Below are positions 49,484 through 62,349 of a stretch of 64,000 nt of DNA, piece after piece. A model generated the notes under the pieces. It searched no databases. It worked only from the letters and a program-made list of their open reading frames with translations, and was not told the DNA's origin. Source of the DNA: Squalus acanthias (lineage: Eukaryota); assembly GCA_030390025.1 (NCBI GenBank), contig JASTWF010000323.1, positions 124,001 to 188,000 of the forward strand. Reading direction: 5' to 3'. The stretch's first letter is position 1. Every line of letters begins with the position of its first letter. The position numbers were made by a program, and so were the translations under genes.

Positions 49484-52400
49484 GCGTGTTTAACTGTGAT
49501 TCTCTCTTTGTCGTTCCCCATCCCATCTGTGCTGCCGTCGGATATTCATTCTGAAGGTGATCTCGTGTTACCAAGATTCAACTCCAGCAATTTAATGAAG
49601 GTGACATTTTATTTAACGAATTTACAATCAACATTGGTAACAGATCAGAAGAATGCTGTCTTGTTTACGGAGACTTTTCACTTAATGGCGACAAGTCAAC
49701 AACCTGTAACGTTAACTCTGGTTCTTTCTCTCTCCACAGATACTGCCTGACCCGCTGAGTATTTCCATATGTTTCTCTTTTCATTTCAGATTTGCAGTAT
49801 CCGCAGTATTTTGCTTTTGGTTTCATCTAATGCTCGTAACGTTACTTACAGAGTAACAGGAACAAATCCTGGCAGATCACATCCACATCTTTAAATGCCT
49901 GAAATATCCACTAATCATTTAGTTCCAGTCAGTGTCTCCTTTCCCACCCTCTCCAGTTCTACATTAGTGGCACTGCTTCTGATGGTTAAAGTAGGAATAC
50001 AAGGATAATTTACATTCTCAAAAAATGTTCATTCAGCCAGATTTCAATACATTTATTTCCAATCATTGCTTTGAATTTACAATTGGCTCCCATGCCCGTC
50101 TGTCAAAGTTCAGTGGATCTCTCAGTGAGACCCAGAGTGATTCTCTATTGCCTCCTGCTGTACTTCAGGATAAATAATCCCAGCTGATTGAAATTGAAGT
50201 AGTGAGGTTAAGATATTCCTTTTATATCTTCTCGTCTAATATTCTCTGCACAAGTTGGATCAACAGGTGAAAAAGAACAAGGATAAATATCTTCCATTTG
50301 TGTTCACAAACTTTACAACAGCATTCGGCGGCACTTTGCAAGTGTGATTTCGATCGTGATAAATGCATTTGGTGGGACATTACCTGGTTAATCATCACTA
50401 TTTACTTTAATTCAGAGTCCATTATTTGCAAAGTTACTCCGCAAACCTTCCCTTGAATGAGCTACAATTTGTGTATTTCAACAAAAATGCAGAAAATTAA
50501 TCTTCAAAACATATCTGATAGCCCAGTTATCTGAATAACTGCAGTGAACTTTTATTTATTATCAGAGCATTATCATATTACATCCGTACATTTTACATAA
50601 AATTGCCTGTAATTATTGCATGCCAATGTTTGCAGTTTCTCTATTTTGCCGTTGTATTCATTTCCAGTTCTAAATATAATGGATATTCTAACCAGAGGCA
50701 GGAATCCAATCGAGATTTCCCGTTCCCCATTCACAGGTGCACAGAAGCAAACTGCACCACTCCAAAATAAAAACAGAAAACGCTGGAAAAACTCAGCAGG
50801 CCAGGCAACATCCGTGGAGAGAGAAAGAGAGTTAACGTTTCAAGTCGGAACCCTTCGTTGACAGCTCCCGGGACACGAAGGCTTCATGAGAGGTTCTGGT
50901 CCTTTGTCATAGAGTCATACAGCATAGAAAGGCGCCCTTCGGCCCATCGTCTCCGCGCCGGCCAACAAGCCCTATCTATTCTAATCCCATTTTCTAGCAC
51001 TTGGTCCCTAGCATTCTAAGCTATGACGTTTCAAGTGCTCATCTAAATGCGTCTTCAATGTTGTGATGATTCTTGCCTCTACCAACCTTTCAGGCACTGA
51101 GTTCCAGATTCCAACCACCCATTGTCAGAATTTTTTTTCCCTCAAATCCGCTCTAAACCTCCTGCCCCTTAACTTGAATCTATGCCCCCTGGCTTTTGAC
51201 CCCTCTACTAAGGGGAAATGTTCCTCTCTATCTATCATATCAATGGCTCTCATGATTTTGTGCACGTCAATCTGGTCTCCCATCAGCCTTCTCTGCTCTA
51301 AGGAAAACAACCGCAGCCTGTCCAGTCTCTCTTCATAGCTAAGCGCTCCAGCCCCGTTAATATCCTGGTGAATCTCCTCTGCACCCTCTCCAATGCAATC
51401 ACATCATTCCTATAGTGTGGCTAACAGAACTGCACACAGTATTCCAGCTGTGGTCTAACTAACGTTTTGTATAGCTCCATCATAACCTTCCTGCCCTTAT
51501 ATTCTCTGCCTTGGCTAATGAAGGCAAGTATCCCATATGCCTTTTTAACCACCTTATCTACCTGTCCTGCTGCCTTCAGGGATCTATGTACATGCACACC
51601 AAGGTCCCGCTGATCCTCTGTCCTTCCTAGGATCCTACCATGCATTGTGTATTCCCTTGCCTTGTAAGTCCACCCAAAATGCATCACATCACACTTTTCA
51701 GGGCTAAAATCCATTTGTCACTGTTCTGCCAATCTGACAAACCCGCCTATATCGTCCTGTAGCCTGGGGCTTCCGTCCTCGCTATTTACCACTCCACCAA
51801 TTTTCGTGTCATCTGTGAACTTACTGATCATTCCTCATACATTCATATCTAAATCATTAATGTACACTACAAACAGCAAAGGACCGAGCCCAAATCCTTG
51901 CGGTATACCACTGCACACAGGCTTCCAGTCACAAAAACAATCTTCGACCATCACCCTCTGCCTCCTGCCACTAAGCCAATTTTGGAAACAATTAGCCAAA
52001 TTGCCCTGGATCACATGGGCTCTTACCATCTTGACCAGTCTCCCATGTGGGACTTTGGCAAAAGCCTTACTGAAGTCCATGTAGACTACATCAACTGCAC
52101 TACCCTCATCCAAACACCTAGTCACACCCTCGAAAAATTCAATCAAATTGTTTAGACATGATCTCCCCCTGTGAAAGGCATGCTGACTATCCTTGATTAA
52201 TCCTTGAATAATAGTTCTATGTTACGTGTCCTCCAGTCCTCTGGCACCTTCCCTGTGTTCAAAGAGGTTCTGAAAATTTGTGTCAGAGCCCCTGCAATTT
52301 CCTCCCTTGCCTCATACAGCAGCTTGTGATACATCTCGTCTGGGCCTGGGGATTTATCCACATTTAAGCCCGCTAAAGCCGTAAGTACCTCCTTCCTCTC

Positions 52401-54630
52401 AATAATAATTTGTTCAAGTATATTACAATTCCCCTGCCTGATTTCTAAGGCTACATCGTCCTTCTCCATAGGGAACACAGATGCAAAATATTTATTTGAA
52501 ACATCACTTACATCTTTCGGCTCTACACACAGATTGCCACTTTGGTCCCTAATGGGCCCTACTCTTTCCCTGTTTATCCTCTTGCCCTTAATATACTTAT
52601 GAAACACCTTCGGATTTTCCTTTATTTTGCTCACCAGTGTTTTTGTCATGCCCCCTCTTCGCTCTCCGAAGTTCTTTCTTAAGTACCACCCTGCATTTTC
52701 TATACTCCTCCAGGGCTTCCACTGATTTAATCCTTTGTATCTGCCAAAAGCATCCCTTTTTTTCCTAATCCTGTATTGTATATCCCTTGACATCCAGGAT
52801 TCCCTGGGCTTCTTGGTCCCACCCTTGACCTTTACAGGAACATGATGACGTTGTACTTTCTCTATTTGCTTTCTGAAAGTCTTCCACTGCTCTGATGTGG
52901 ATTTTCCTGCATGTAGCTTATTCCAATCCACTTTGGCCAGGTCTTGCCTTATCATATTAAAATCGGCCTTCCCCCAATTTAGAACCTTTATTTCTGGTCC
53001 ATCTTTTTTCCAATTCCTTGACGACCTTAAATGTCGCCGAATTGTGGTCACTGTCACCAAAATGCTCTCCTACTGACACTTCTACCACTTGCCCGGGTAC
53101 ATTCCCTAGAATTAGGTCCAGTAAGGCCCCTCTCTTGTAGGACTTTATACATGCTGGTTCAAAATAGTCTCCTGGATGCACTTTAATAATTCTGCACCCT
53201 CTAAGCCTTTCACATTCTGACTATACCCGTTAATATTGGGGAAGTTGAAATCCCCTACTATTAATACCCTATTATTTCTACACTTCTCTGAGTTTTGCCT
53301 ACATATCTGTTCCTCTATCTCGCCCTGACTGTTTGGGGCCCTATAGTACACTCGCAGCAAATGGCTTGCCTCCTCTTTGTTTTTAAGTTCTACCCATATG
53401 GACTCATCAGAGGAACCTGCTAAGATATCATCCCTCCTTACAGCAGTAATTGACTCGTTAATTAATATTGCGACACTCCCACCTCTTTTACACCACTCTC
53501 TGTCTCGGCTGAAGATCCCATACCCCGGAATATTGGGCTGACAGTCCTGCCCCTCCCTCAACCATGTCTCTGTGATAGCAACAATATCATACTCCCATGA
53601 GTTCATCAACACCTACAATTCGTCTGCATTACTCGCAAGACTTCTTGCATTAAATAAATTCCATCCAGCCTTGCCATACTCCCTTGTGCCGTTACATATT
53701 TACTCTGCCTTCCAGGCTGACTTGTTTTTTCCTCTATATTTGGCTGTGCATCACCCACTACTATAGCTCCACACCGTATCCCATCACCCTGCCAAGTTAG
53801 CTTAACCCACCCCCGCCCGCCCCCACAGTACTACCAATCCTCCCCGCAAATTTGTTGGTCCCGCTCCGGTTCCAGTGCTACCTGTCCGACTTTTTCCTTC
53901 CCCAGGAGCAGACCCAGTGATCCAGGAAACTAAAGCCCTCCCTCCTGCACCAGCTCTATCCTTCTATTCCTATACTCACTAGAACGTGGCACCGGGAGTA
54001 ATCCAGAGATTACAACCTTTGTGGTGCTGCTTTTTAATCTGCTACCTAGCTCCCTAAATTCGTGTTGCAGGACCTCATCACTCTTTCTACCTATGTCGTT
54101 GATACCAATGTGATCCACGACCTCTGACTGTTCACCCTCCCCATTCAGAAAGCCCTGCAGCCGTTAGTGACACACTTGACCCTGGCACCAGGGAGGCAAC
54201 ATACCATTCTGGAGTCATGTCTTCGGCCACAGAAACGTCTATCTGTTCCGCTTACGATAAAATCCCCTATCACTGTTACTCGAACACCCTTTTCCTCCCC
54301 TCATGTGCAGCTGAGCCACTCGTAGTGCCACGGATTTGTCTCTTGCTGCATTCCTCTGAGAAACCATCAACCACAGCAGTACCCAAAACGCAAAATCTGT
54401 TGTTGAGGGAGATGGACCCAGGGGACTCCTGCACTTCCTTCCTAGTTATTTTACTTTGGCTGGCGGTCAGCCATGCCCTTTCTGCCTGTGCACTCTTTAC
54501 CTGCGGTGTGAGCACCTCTTTAAAGATGGTTTCCCCGAAGATCTCAGCTTCGCGGATGGTCCACAGTGTCTCCAGCCGCAGCTCCAACTCCGAAACGCGG
54601 ATTTCGAGTTGCTGCATCTGGAGACACTTA

Positions 54631-55496
54631 GGGGTAGAAATTAGGTTGTGCCCCATTTGGGGCGCAAATATCGTCTGGACGCAAATATTAGCGCCTGGTG
54701 CTAATTACCGCCCCGGGAGGTGAGTGGAGAGCTAAAGCAGGCGCTGCACACCTGTCTTAAGGCGCAAAGGCCAAGGAGTGAGGCGCTAACTCAGCGCGCT
54801 GGCGAAGCTCATGTAATGACAGTCAGCAATGGAACACACACACAATGGCACGGGCCAGTTCTTAAAGGGGATGGTTAATCTTGCTTTCCATCCACATCCT
54901 GTTCATTGCAGCCTTCAATCTCGGCCTGGAGAGACTTGCACATCAAATGTGCTGGAAAGAACAATGGAGAGTACCAGGCAAAGAGCTCAGAGTGCAGCTC
55001 CCACAATCTCTGCTAAATCGATACAAGAAATGGCAAATCAAAATGAACCTGCAAAGTGCTGCTCAGTACCCAAAACTCCTTCACACAACGTTGAATCTCT
55101 CCAGAAGTCTCTCCCTCTCTCTCTCAGAATGCGTAGTTCAAAAATGCCACCAACAATAAAAGACAGGAAGAGGCCCCCTTTAAATAGCGCCCCCCCCCAG
55201 CCCCACAGCGATTGATAGCGTTCCAGTCTTCTGGTCGTTGGAAGCGCCAGGCGGTAAGGCAGGGGGCGCCACTCAATTTCCGCTACGGGGCGCCCCAAGG
55301 GCGTTGCACCATGGAATGACGTCACAATCTGCGTGCGCAGGTGGTCGCAGCGGTAAGTTTTAGCGCCGCCGCACAATCTCAAGTTAAGTTCTCGAGCGGC
55401 GCAAACATCGCTGCGCCCGGGCGTTAGCGGCTTTGCGCCCCATTAGCGCCCTCTTAAGGCGCTAACGGGTGGCGCAACCAAGTGAATTTTTACCCC
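54631..55496 (-). mobile_element. Non-autonomous Harbinger deletion derivative (866 bp), inverted relative to 34973-39074
   Basis: Same TIRs (ggggtagaaatt ... aatttttacccc); terminal ~340 bp and ~170 bp nearly identical to the full element; flanks TTA / ATA. Confidence 0.93.
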
Positions 55497-58400
55497 ATAG
55501 AAACATAGAAAATAGGTGCAGGACTAGACCATTTGGTCCTTCGAGCCTGCACCGCCATTTAATGCGTTCTTGGCTGAACATGCTACCTCAGTACCCCATT
55601 CCTGCTTTCTCACCATACCCCTTGATCCCCCCAGTTGTGAGTATTATATATAACTCCCTTTTGAATATATTTAGCGAACTGGCCTCAACAACCTTAAGCG
55701 GTAGAGAATTCCACAGATTCACCACTCTCTGGGTGACAAAGTTCCTCCTCATCTCAGTCTTTAATGGCTTCCCCTTTATCCTTAGACTGTGACCTCTGGT
55801 TTTAGTTTCCCGTAACATTGGAAACATTCTGCCCGCATCTAATTTGTCTAAACCAGTCAGGATTTTAAACGTCTCTATAAGATCCCCCCTCATTCTTCTG
55901 AACTCCAGAGGATACAAGTTCAGTTGATCCAGTCTTTCTTGATATGTCAGTCTGGCCATCCCAGGAATCAATCTAGTGAACCTTCGTTGCACTCCCTCAA
56001 TAGCAAGAATGTCCTTCCTCAAGTTAGGAGACCAAAACTGCACACAATACTCCAGGTGTGGCCTCACCAAGGCCCTGTACAACTGTAGCATCACCTCCCT
56101 ACTCCTGTACTCAAATCCCCTTGCTATGAAGGCCATCATGCCATTTGCTTTCTTGACTGCCTGCTGCACTTGCCTTCCCACCTTCAGTGACTGATGTACC
56201 ATGACATCCAGGTCTCCTTGCACCTCCCCTTTCCCTAATCTGCCACAATTCAGGTAATAGTCTGCCTCCCTATTTTTAACACCAAAGTGGATAACCTCAC
56301 ATTTATCCACATTGTACTTCATCTGCCATACATTTGGCCATTCACCGAACGTGTCCAAGTCACTCTGTAGCCTCCTAGCATCCTCCTCATTGTTCGCACT
56401 GCCTCCCAATTTAGTTTCATCCGCAAATTTGGAGATATTACAATTAATCCCTTCGTCCAAATCATTAATATATAATGTAAACAGCTGGGGCCCCAGCACC
56501 GAACCCTGCGGTACCCCGCTGGTCACTGCCTGCCATTCTGAAAAGTACCCATTTACTCCTACTCTTTGTTTCCTATGTGCCAACCAGTTCTCAATCCACG
56601 TCAACACATTACCCCCAATCCCATATGCTTTAACTTTGCACACCAATCTCTTGTGTGGGACCTTGTCGAAGGCCTTCTGAAAGTCCAAATACACCAGATC
56701 TACTGGTTCCCCCCCCCCCCGTCCACCCTATTGGAAACATCCTCAAAAAATTCCAGAAGATTTGTGAAGCATGATTTCCCTATCACAAATCCATGCTGAC
56801 TTGGACCTATCATGTCGCCACTTTCCAAATGGTCTGTTATGACATCTTTAATAATTGATTCCATCATTTTACCCACCACCGATGTCAGGCTGACCGGTCT
56901 ATAATTCCCTGCTTTCTCCCTCCCTCCTTTTTTAAAAAGAGGGGTTACATTAGCCACCCTCCACTCCTTCGGAACTGATCCAGAGTCTAAGGAATGTTGG
57001 AAAATGATCGGCAATGCATCCACTATTTCCAAGGCCACCTCCTTAAGTACTCTGGGATGCAGACCATCAGGCCCTGGGGATTTATCAGCCTTCAGTCCCA
57101 TCAATTTCCCCAACACCTCTTTCCGACTGATAAGGATTTCCCTCAGCTCCTCCCTCTTACCAGATCCTTTGATCTCTTTTATTTCCGGAAGGTTGTTTGT
57201 GTCCTCCACAGTAAACACCGAACCAAAGTACTTGTTCAATTGATCTGCCATTTCTTTGTTCCCCATTATGACTTCCCCTGTTTCTGACTGCATGGGACAT
57301 AAGAACATAAGAACATAAGAAATAGGAGCAGGAGTAGGCCAATCGGCCCCTCGAGCCTGCTCCGCCATTCAATAAGATCATGGCTGAAATGATCCTAACC
57401 GCCAATCTACTATCTATCACAGAACCATCTCCTGCATCTAACAGAATTGCACACACGAAATAGGAGCAGAATCAGGCTACACGGTCCCTGGGCCCGCTCC
57501 ACTACCCAAAGGGCCATGACCGATCCGAACCTAGACTCATGTCCAAATTCCTGCCCGCTCCCCGTAACCCTTAATGCCCTTTACTTCTAGGAAACTGTCT
57601 ATTTCTGTTTTAAATTTATTTAATGATGTAGCTTCTACAGCTTTTTGTGGCAGCATATTCCATGGACCTACCACCCTCTGAGTGAAGTAGTTCCTCCTCA
57701 TCTCAGTTTTGAAAGAGCAGCCCCTTATTCTAAGACTATGTCCCATAGTTCTAGTCTCACCCGTCATCGGGAACATCCTCCCCGCATCCACCCGATCCAA
57801 CCCCTTCACAATCTTATATGTTTCAATAAGATCGCCTCTCATTCTTCTGAACTCCAATGAGTAGAGTCCCAATCTACCCAACCTCTCCTCATATGACCAC
57901 CCCCTCATCCCCGGGATTAACCGAGTGAACCTTTTTTGCACTGCCTCGAGAGCAAGGATGTCTTTCCTTAAGTAAGGACACCAAAACTGTATGCAGTATT
58001 CCAGGTGCGGTCTCACCAATACCTTGTACAACTGAAGCAATACCTCCCTATTTTTATATTCTATCCCCCTAGCAATGAAAGCCAACATTCCATTTGCCTT
58101 CTTAATCACTTGCTGCACCTGCATACTAACCTTTTGAGTTTCGTGCACCAGGACCCCAAGATCCCTTTGCACTTCAGTACTCTCCAGTTTCTTGCCATTA
58201 AGATAATAAATTGCTCTAGGATTTTTCCTGCCAAAGTGCATCACCTCACACTTTCCAGTGTTGTATTCCATCTGCCAAATCTCTGCCCACTTACTTAGCC
58301 TGTCTATGTCCCCTTGCAGGTTTTTTATGTCCTCCTCACTCACTACTTTCCCTCCCATCTTTGTATCATCTGCAAATTTTGATATGTTACACTTGGTCCC

Positions 58401-60752
58401 TTCCTCCAAATCGTTAATATAGATTGTAAAGAGTTGGGGACCCAGCACTGACCCCTGTGGAACACCACTAGTTACTGATTGCCAGTCTGAGAATGAACCA
58501 TTTATCCCAACTCTTTGCTTTCTGTTAGATAGCCAATCCTCTATCCATGCCAGAATATTACCCCCAATCCCGTGATTTTTTACCTTAAGCAATAATCTTT
58601 TGTGTGGCACCTTGTCAAATGCCTTTTGGAAGTCTAAATACACTACGTCCACTGGTTCTCCTTTATCCACTCTATATGTTACTTCCTCAAAGAACTCCAG
58701 CAAATTTGTCAAACATGACTTCCCCTTCGTAAAACCATGCTGACTTTGTCCTATTAAATTATGATTATCCAAATGTCCTGTTACTGTTTCCTTAATAATG
58801 GACTCCAAAATTTTACCTACCACAGATGTTAGGCTAACCGGTCTATAGTTACCAGCCTTCTGTCTACTGCCCTTTTTACTAACCTCTTTCTTTTTACATA
58901 TTTATAGAAGCTTTTGCAGTCCGTTTTAATGTTCTCCGCAAGCTTCCTTTCATATTTTATTTCCCCTGCCCTAATCAAACTCTTCGTCCTCCTCTGCTGA
59001 GTTTTAAATTTCTCCCAGTACCCGGGTTTGCTGCTACTTCTGGCCAATTTGTATGCCACTTCCTTGCTTTTAATACTATCCCTGATTTCCCTTGTTAGCC
59101 ATGGTTGAGCCACCTTCCCTTTTTTATTTTTACGCCAGACAGGGATGTACAATTGCTGTAGTTCATCCATGCGATCTCTAAATCTCTGCCATTGCCCTTC
59201 CACTGATAACCACTTAAATATCGCTTGCCAATCTAACCTCGCCAATTCACGCCTCATACCCTCAAATTTGCCCTTATTGAAGTTCTGGACCATGGTCTCT
59301 GAATTAACTGTTTCCTTCTCCATCCTAATGTAGAACTCCACCATACTATGGTCACTCTTCCCCAAGGGGCCTCGCACCACAAGATTGCTGATTAGTCCTT
59401 CCTCATTGCACAACACCCAGTCCAGGATGGCCTCCCCTCTAGTTGGTTCCTCAACATATTGGTTTAAGAAACCATCCCTTAAACACTCCAGGAAATCCTC
59501 CTCCACCGTATTGCTTCCAGTTTGAGTAGACCTATCTATATGCATATTAAAGTCACCCATGATAACTGCTGCGCCTTTTTTGCATGTACCTCTGATTTCC
59601 TGTTTCATATCCTCCCCCACCTCACTACTACTGTTTGGAGGTCTGTACACAACCCCCACTAAAGTTTTCTGCCCTTTGGTGTTCTGCAGCTCAACCCATA
59701 TTGATTCCACATCCTCCAAGCTAATGTCCTTCCTAGCAATTGCATTAATCTCTTTTTTAACCAGCAATGCTACCCCACCCCCTTTTCCTTTTATTCTATC
59801 CTTCCTGAATGTTGAATACCCCTGGATATTCAGTTCCCAGCCTTGATTGTTCTGGAGCCACGTCTCTGTAATCCCAATCACATCATATCCATTAACATCA
59901 ATTTGCACAGTCAATTCATCCACCTTATTACGGATACTCCTTGCATAAAGACACAGAGCCTTTAGGCTTGTTTTATTAACACCCTTTGTCCTTTTAGACT
60001 TATGATTTATTATGGCCCTTTGTGTTTCTTGCCTTTGTTTACTCGGATTTCCCTTATTGTTTCTCACCCTTCTAACATTTGTTTCTGACTGCATATTACT
60101 TCCCCCTGTTTCGCTACATAGGTTCCAATTCCCCTGCCATATTAGTTTAAATCCTCCCTAACTGCCTTAGCAAATATTACCCCGAGGACATCGGTTCCAG
60201 TCCTGCCCAAGTGCAGACCGTCCCTTTTGTACAGGTCCCACTTGCCCCAGAACTGTTTCCAATGCCTCAGGTATTTGAATCCCTCCCTCCTGCACCACTG
60301 CTCAAGCCACGTATTTAATCTCGCTATCCTGTTCATGCTACTCTGATTAGCACGTGGCACTGGTAGCAACCCAGAGATTAGCAACAGCTCCACCTATATA
60401 CGGGTACCAATGAATTGGCCCCGCCCTCTGACTTTGACCCCCTGCTGATTGATTAGAAAACTGGTTTCCACTGCCTGCTCTGCCAATTTACTGCTACTGC
60501 AGTGTAACCTTGTTTTAGTCTTCTTAAAGCAACAGAATCCCAAATAGTTAACTTTTCCCCTTCACTTAAACTGCTTAAGTACTCTTATCAAGAATGAGTT
60601 AAAGAGAATTAACAATTAAAGAACTACTCCCAATTACCCAAACTCACAACAATCTCTGCTGACTTGCACTCAGTGCTGGCTCGCACTCACACTGGTCTCT
60701 TTATACGTTTTGTTTACAGCCAAATGAGTCACCCCTGCTGATTGATTAGAAA
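55497..60752 (-). mobile_element. CR1 family B (55497-57296 plus 58878-60752), young, interrupted by a CR1 family A copy
   Basis: Endonuclease ORF 58829-60094 ends KRKRLVK and resumes PMQSETGEVIMGNKEMA at ~57296; RT ORF 55588-56694; ORF1 C-terminus 60142-60381. Confidence 0.88.
57297..58877 (-). mobile_element. 5'-truncated CR1 family A with an uninterrupted 428-aa RT ORF
   Basis: ORF 57537-58823 with QHGF, YLDFQKAFDKVPH, VPQGSVLGP, FADD; (acataaga)n tail at 57297. Confidence 0.93.
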
Positions 60753-61394
60753 ACTTCCTGCACATGTGTTCGCCCTGGACACCGAAAGATTCCCAGACTT
60801 CCGACATAGCACAGGAGGGGTACTCCACGCTGCCGATCTGCCCTGCCATGTCCTACCCTTAACTTACTCCCTTTACTTCCTTTAAATTAAAGAATATTAA
60901 TACACTAGGGACCTTACTTCACTTTAAACAGTATTACTCTGAACTAAAGACGTTAATTTTACGTCAACGATTGGACTGCAGAAATACTCGCCAGGTCCTA
61001 CTTACCAATCAGCTCTTTCCCTGGTTGTGACGTCACTTCAGCGGTTTCGCAGTTGTTGTTGTTTGACTGCTCCCGCTCTCGGACTCTTTGTTTCCCTGGT
61101 ACCTCTGGCGGTGCATTTGTCTGCTGGGCTATATATAGATCGATCATTTCAAATCTCCTTGATTAAACATCTGTTACTTTCATATTCTAATTATTGCCAT
61201 ATCATTTAATGATTCCACAATGTATTCCGATTATTCTTGCAATATACCCTGTATTCAGCTCCACAGGTAATAGGATTAGATTATATGATTAAATGTCACT
61301 AATGAGTTGCAGATTTCTCCCTGAATTCCATCAAACTTCTGCTTTTGCTCCCAGCCTGATGTATAATTTCTCTGTTTATTTCCATTCCTCACAG

Positions 61395-62296
61395 TGAACT
61401 TAGTGACGATTGTGATCCTGTCTCGGGGAAAGTGCGGTCTCTCCAAATGTGTCACTCGCTACCTGGTGGCCATGGCAGTGGCGGATCTACTGGTCATTAT
61501 TCTGGACCTGATATTGAGGCACATTCCGATTGTTTATATGGAACAGTTTCATTTCGTGCGGTCCATCCCAGTGTGTAATATCCACGCCGTCCTGCTGTTC
61601 GCAGCCACAGACTGTTCTGTCTGGTTCACCGTCACTTTCACTTTTGATCGATTTGTGGCCATTTGTTGCCAGGAGCTGAAAACTAAATATTGCTCCGAGA
61701 AAACTGCGGCTGCGGTTCTGGGAACAGTGACTGTGCTGAGCGGTTTAAAGAACATCACATGGTATTTTATGTTCAGAGGTCAGTATTGGCTTCAGAACCT
61801 CCCCTGGTTTTGTGATGTCATAGACGATGTTCGGTATTCACGGGTCTGGGGAACAATTGAGTTCCTTCATTACATTCTCACCCCGGGGGTACCATTTATG
61901 GTGATTCTGCTGCTCAATGCTTTCACCGTCAGACACATTTTAGTTGCCAGCAGAGCCCGCAGGAGACTCCGGGGTCCCAGCAGTGGGGACAGTCCCAGAG
62001 ACCCAGAGATGGAGAGCCGCAGGAAATCAATCATTTTACTGCTTGTTATCTCCGGCAATTTCATGCTGTTATGGGCAGTGTTTATGGTGTATTCTATATG
62101 GAGCCGGATGTGGTTTTTGGGGTATTATTCTGTAATTCTACATGAGTATGTTCTGGACCTGGGATTCATGTTGCAGCTGCTAAGTTGCTGCACAAACACT
62201 GGGATTTACGCCGTGACTCAGGCTAAGTTCAGAGAGCAGTTGAAAAATCTGGGGAAATATCCCTTTACTCTGATTGTAAAATTCATTAAAGGATGA
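61395..62296 (+). CDS. GPR139/GPR142-like class A GPCR, coding exon 2 (end of TM1 to C-terminus)
   Basis: Polypyrimidine tract and cacAG acceptor (61393-94); NLVTIVIL, MAVADL (TM2), FDRF (TM3), PF..ILLLN (TM5), NTGIY (TM7 NPxxY variant), FRE helix 8; no stops. Confidence 0.93.
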
Positions 62297-62349
62297 GAAT
62301 AATAGGAGACTTTGCAGCCTGAGAGTTTAGAGCTCCCTGGGACTGATAT

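Larger units (their letters stand above)
50908..61140 (-). mobile_element. Full-length decayed CR1 LINE (50908-54629 plus 60753-~61140) split in ORF1 by a 6.1-kb nested block
   Basis: Tail at 50908, RT/endonuclease/ORF1 remnants; ORF1 zinc finger MAGQIGSVEYPSCAMSEV...EHMCR (60850-60757) continues as KCLQMQQLE at 54629; ACTT on both sides; TGACGTCA at 61028 in the 5' UTR. Confidence 0.85.

Noticed and set aside
49490..49560. HPICAAVGYS resembling the exon-1 end YPLLAAVGVP (19/29 nt): a possible third first exon
   Set aside because: No ATG-led frame, an in-frame TGA follows, and there is no donor at the homologous position; at best a decayed relic
34973..55496. Inversion between the two inverted Harbinger copies to explain the mismatched flanks
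   Set aside because: Swapping the inner flanks gives ATA/TAA and TAT/ATA and does not rejoin any host element
56709..56720. C12 run at the CR1-B frameshift as a programmed frameshift site
   Set aside because: Other CR1 copies read VDKGEPVD without a run; homopolymer slippage or sequencing error is more likely
57279..57293. 15-nt identity tgtttctgactgcat with 60080-60094 (MQSET twice)
   Set aside because: Not positioned as a TSD at an insertion boundary; both lie inside CR1-B, probably chance
58829..60094. Apparent single CR1 ORF2 with an internal deletion (421-aa plus 428-aa ORFs)
   Set aside because: Better explained as CR1-A inserted into CR1-B, whose remainder lies at 55497-57296
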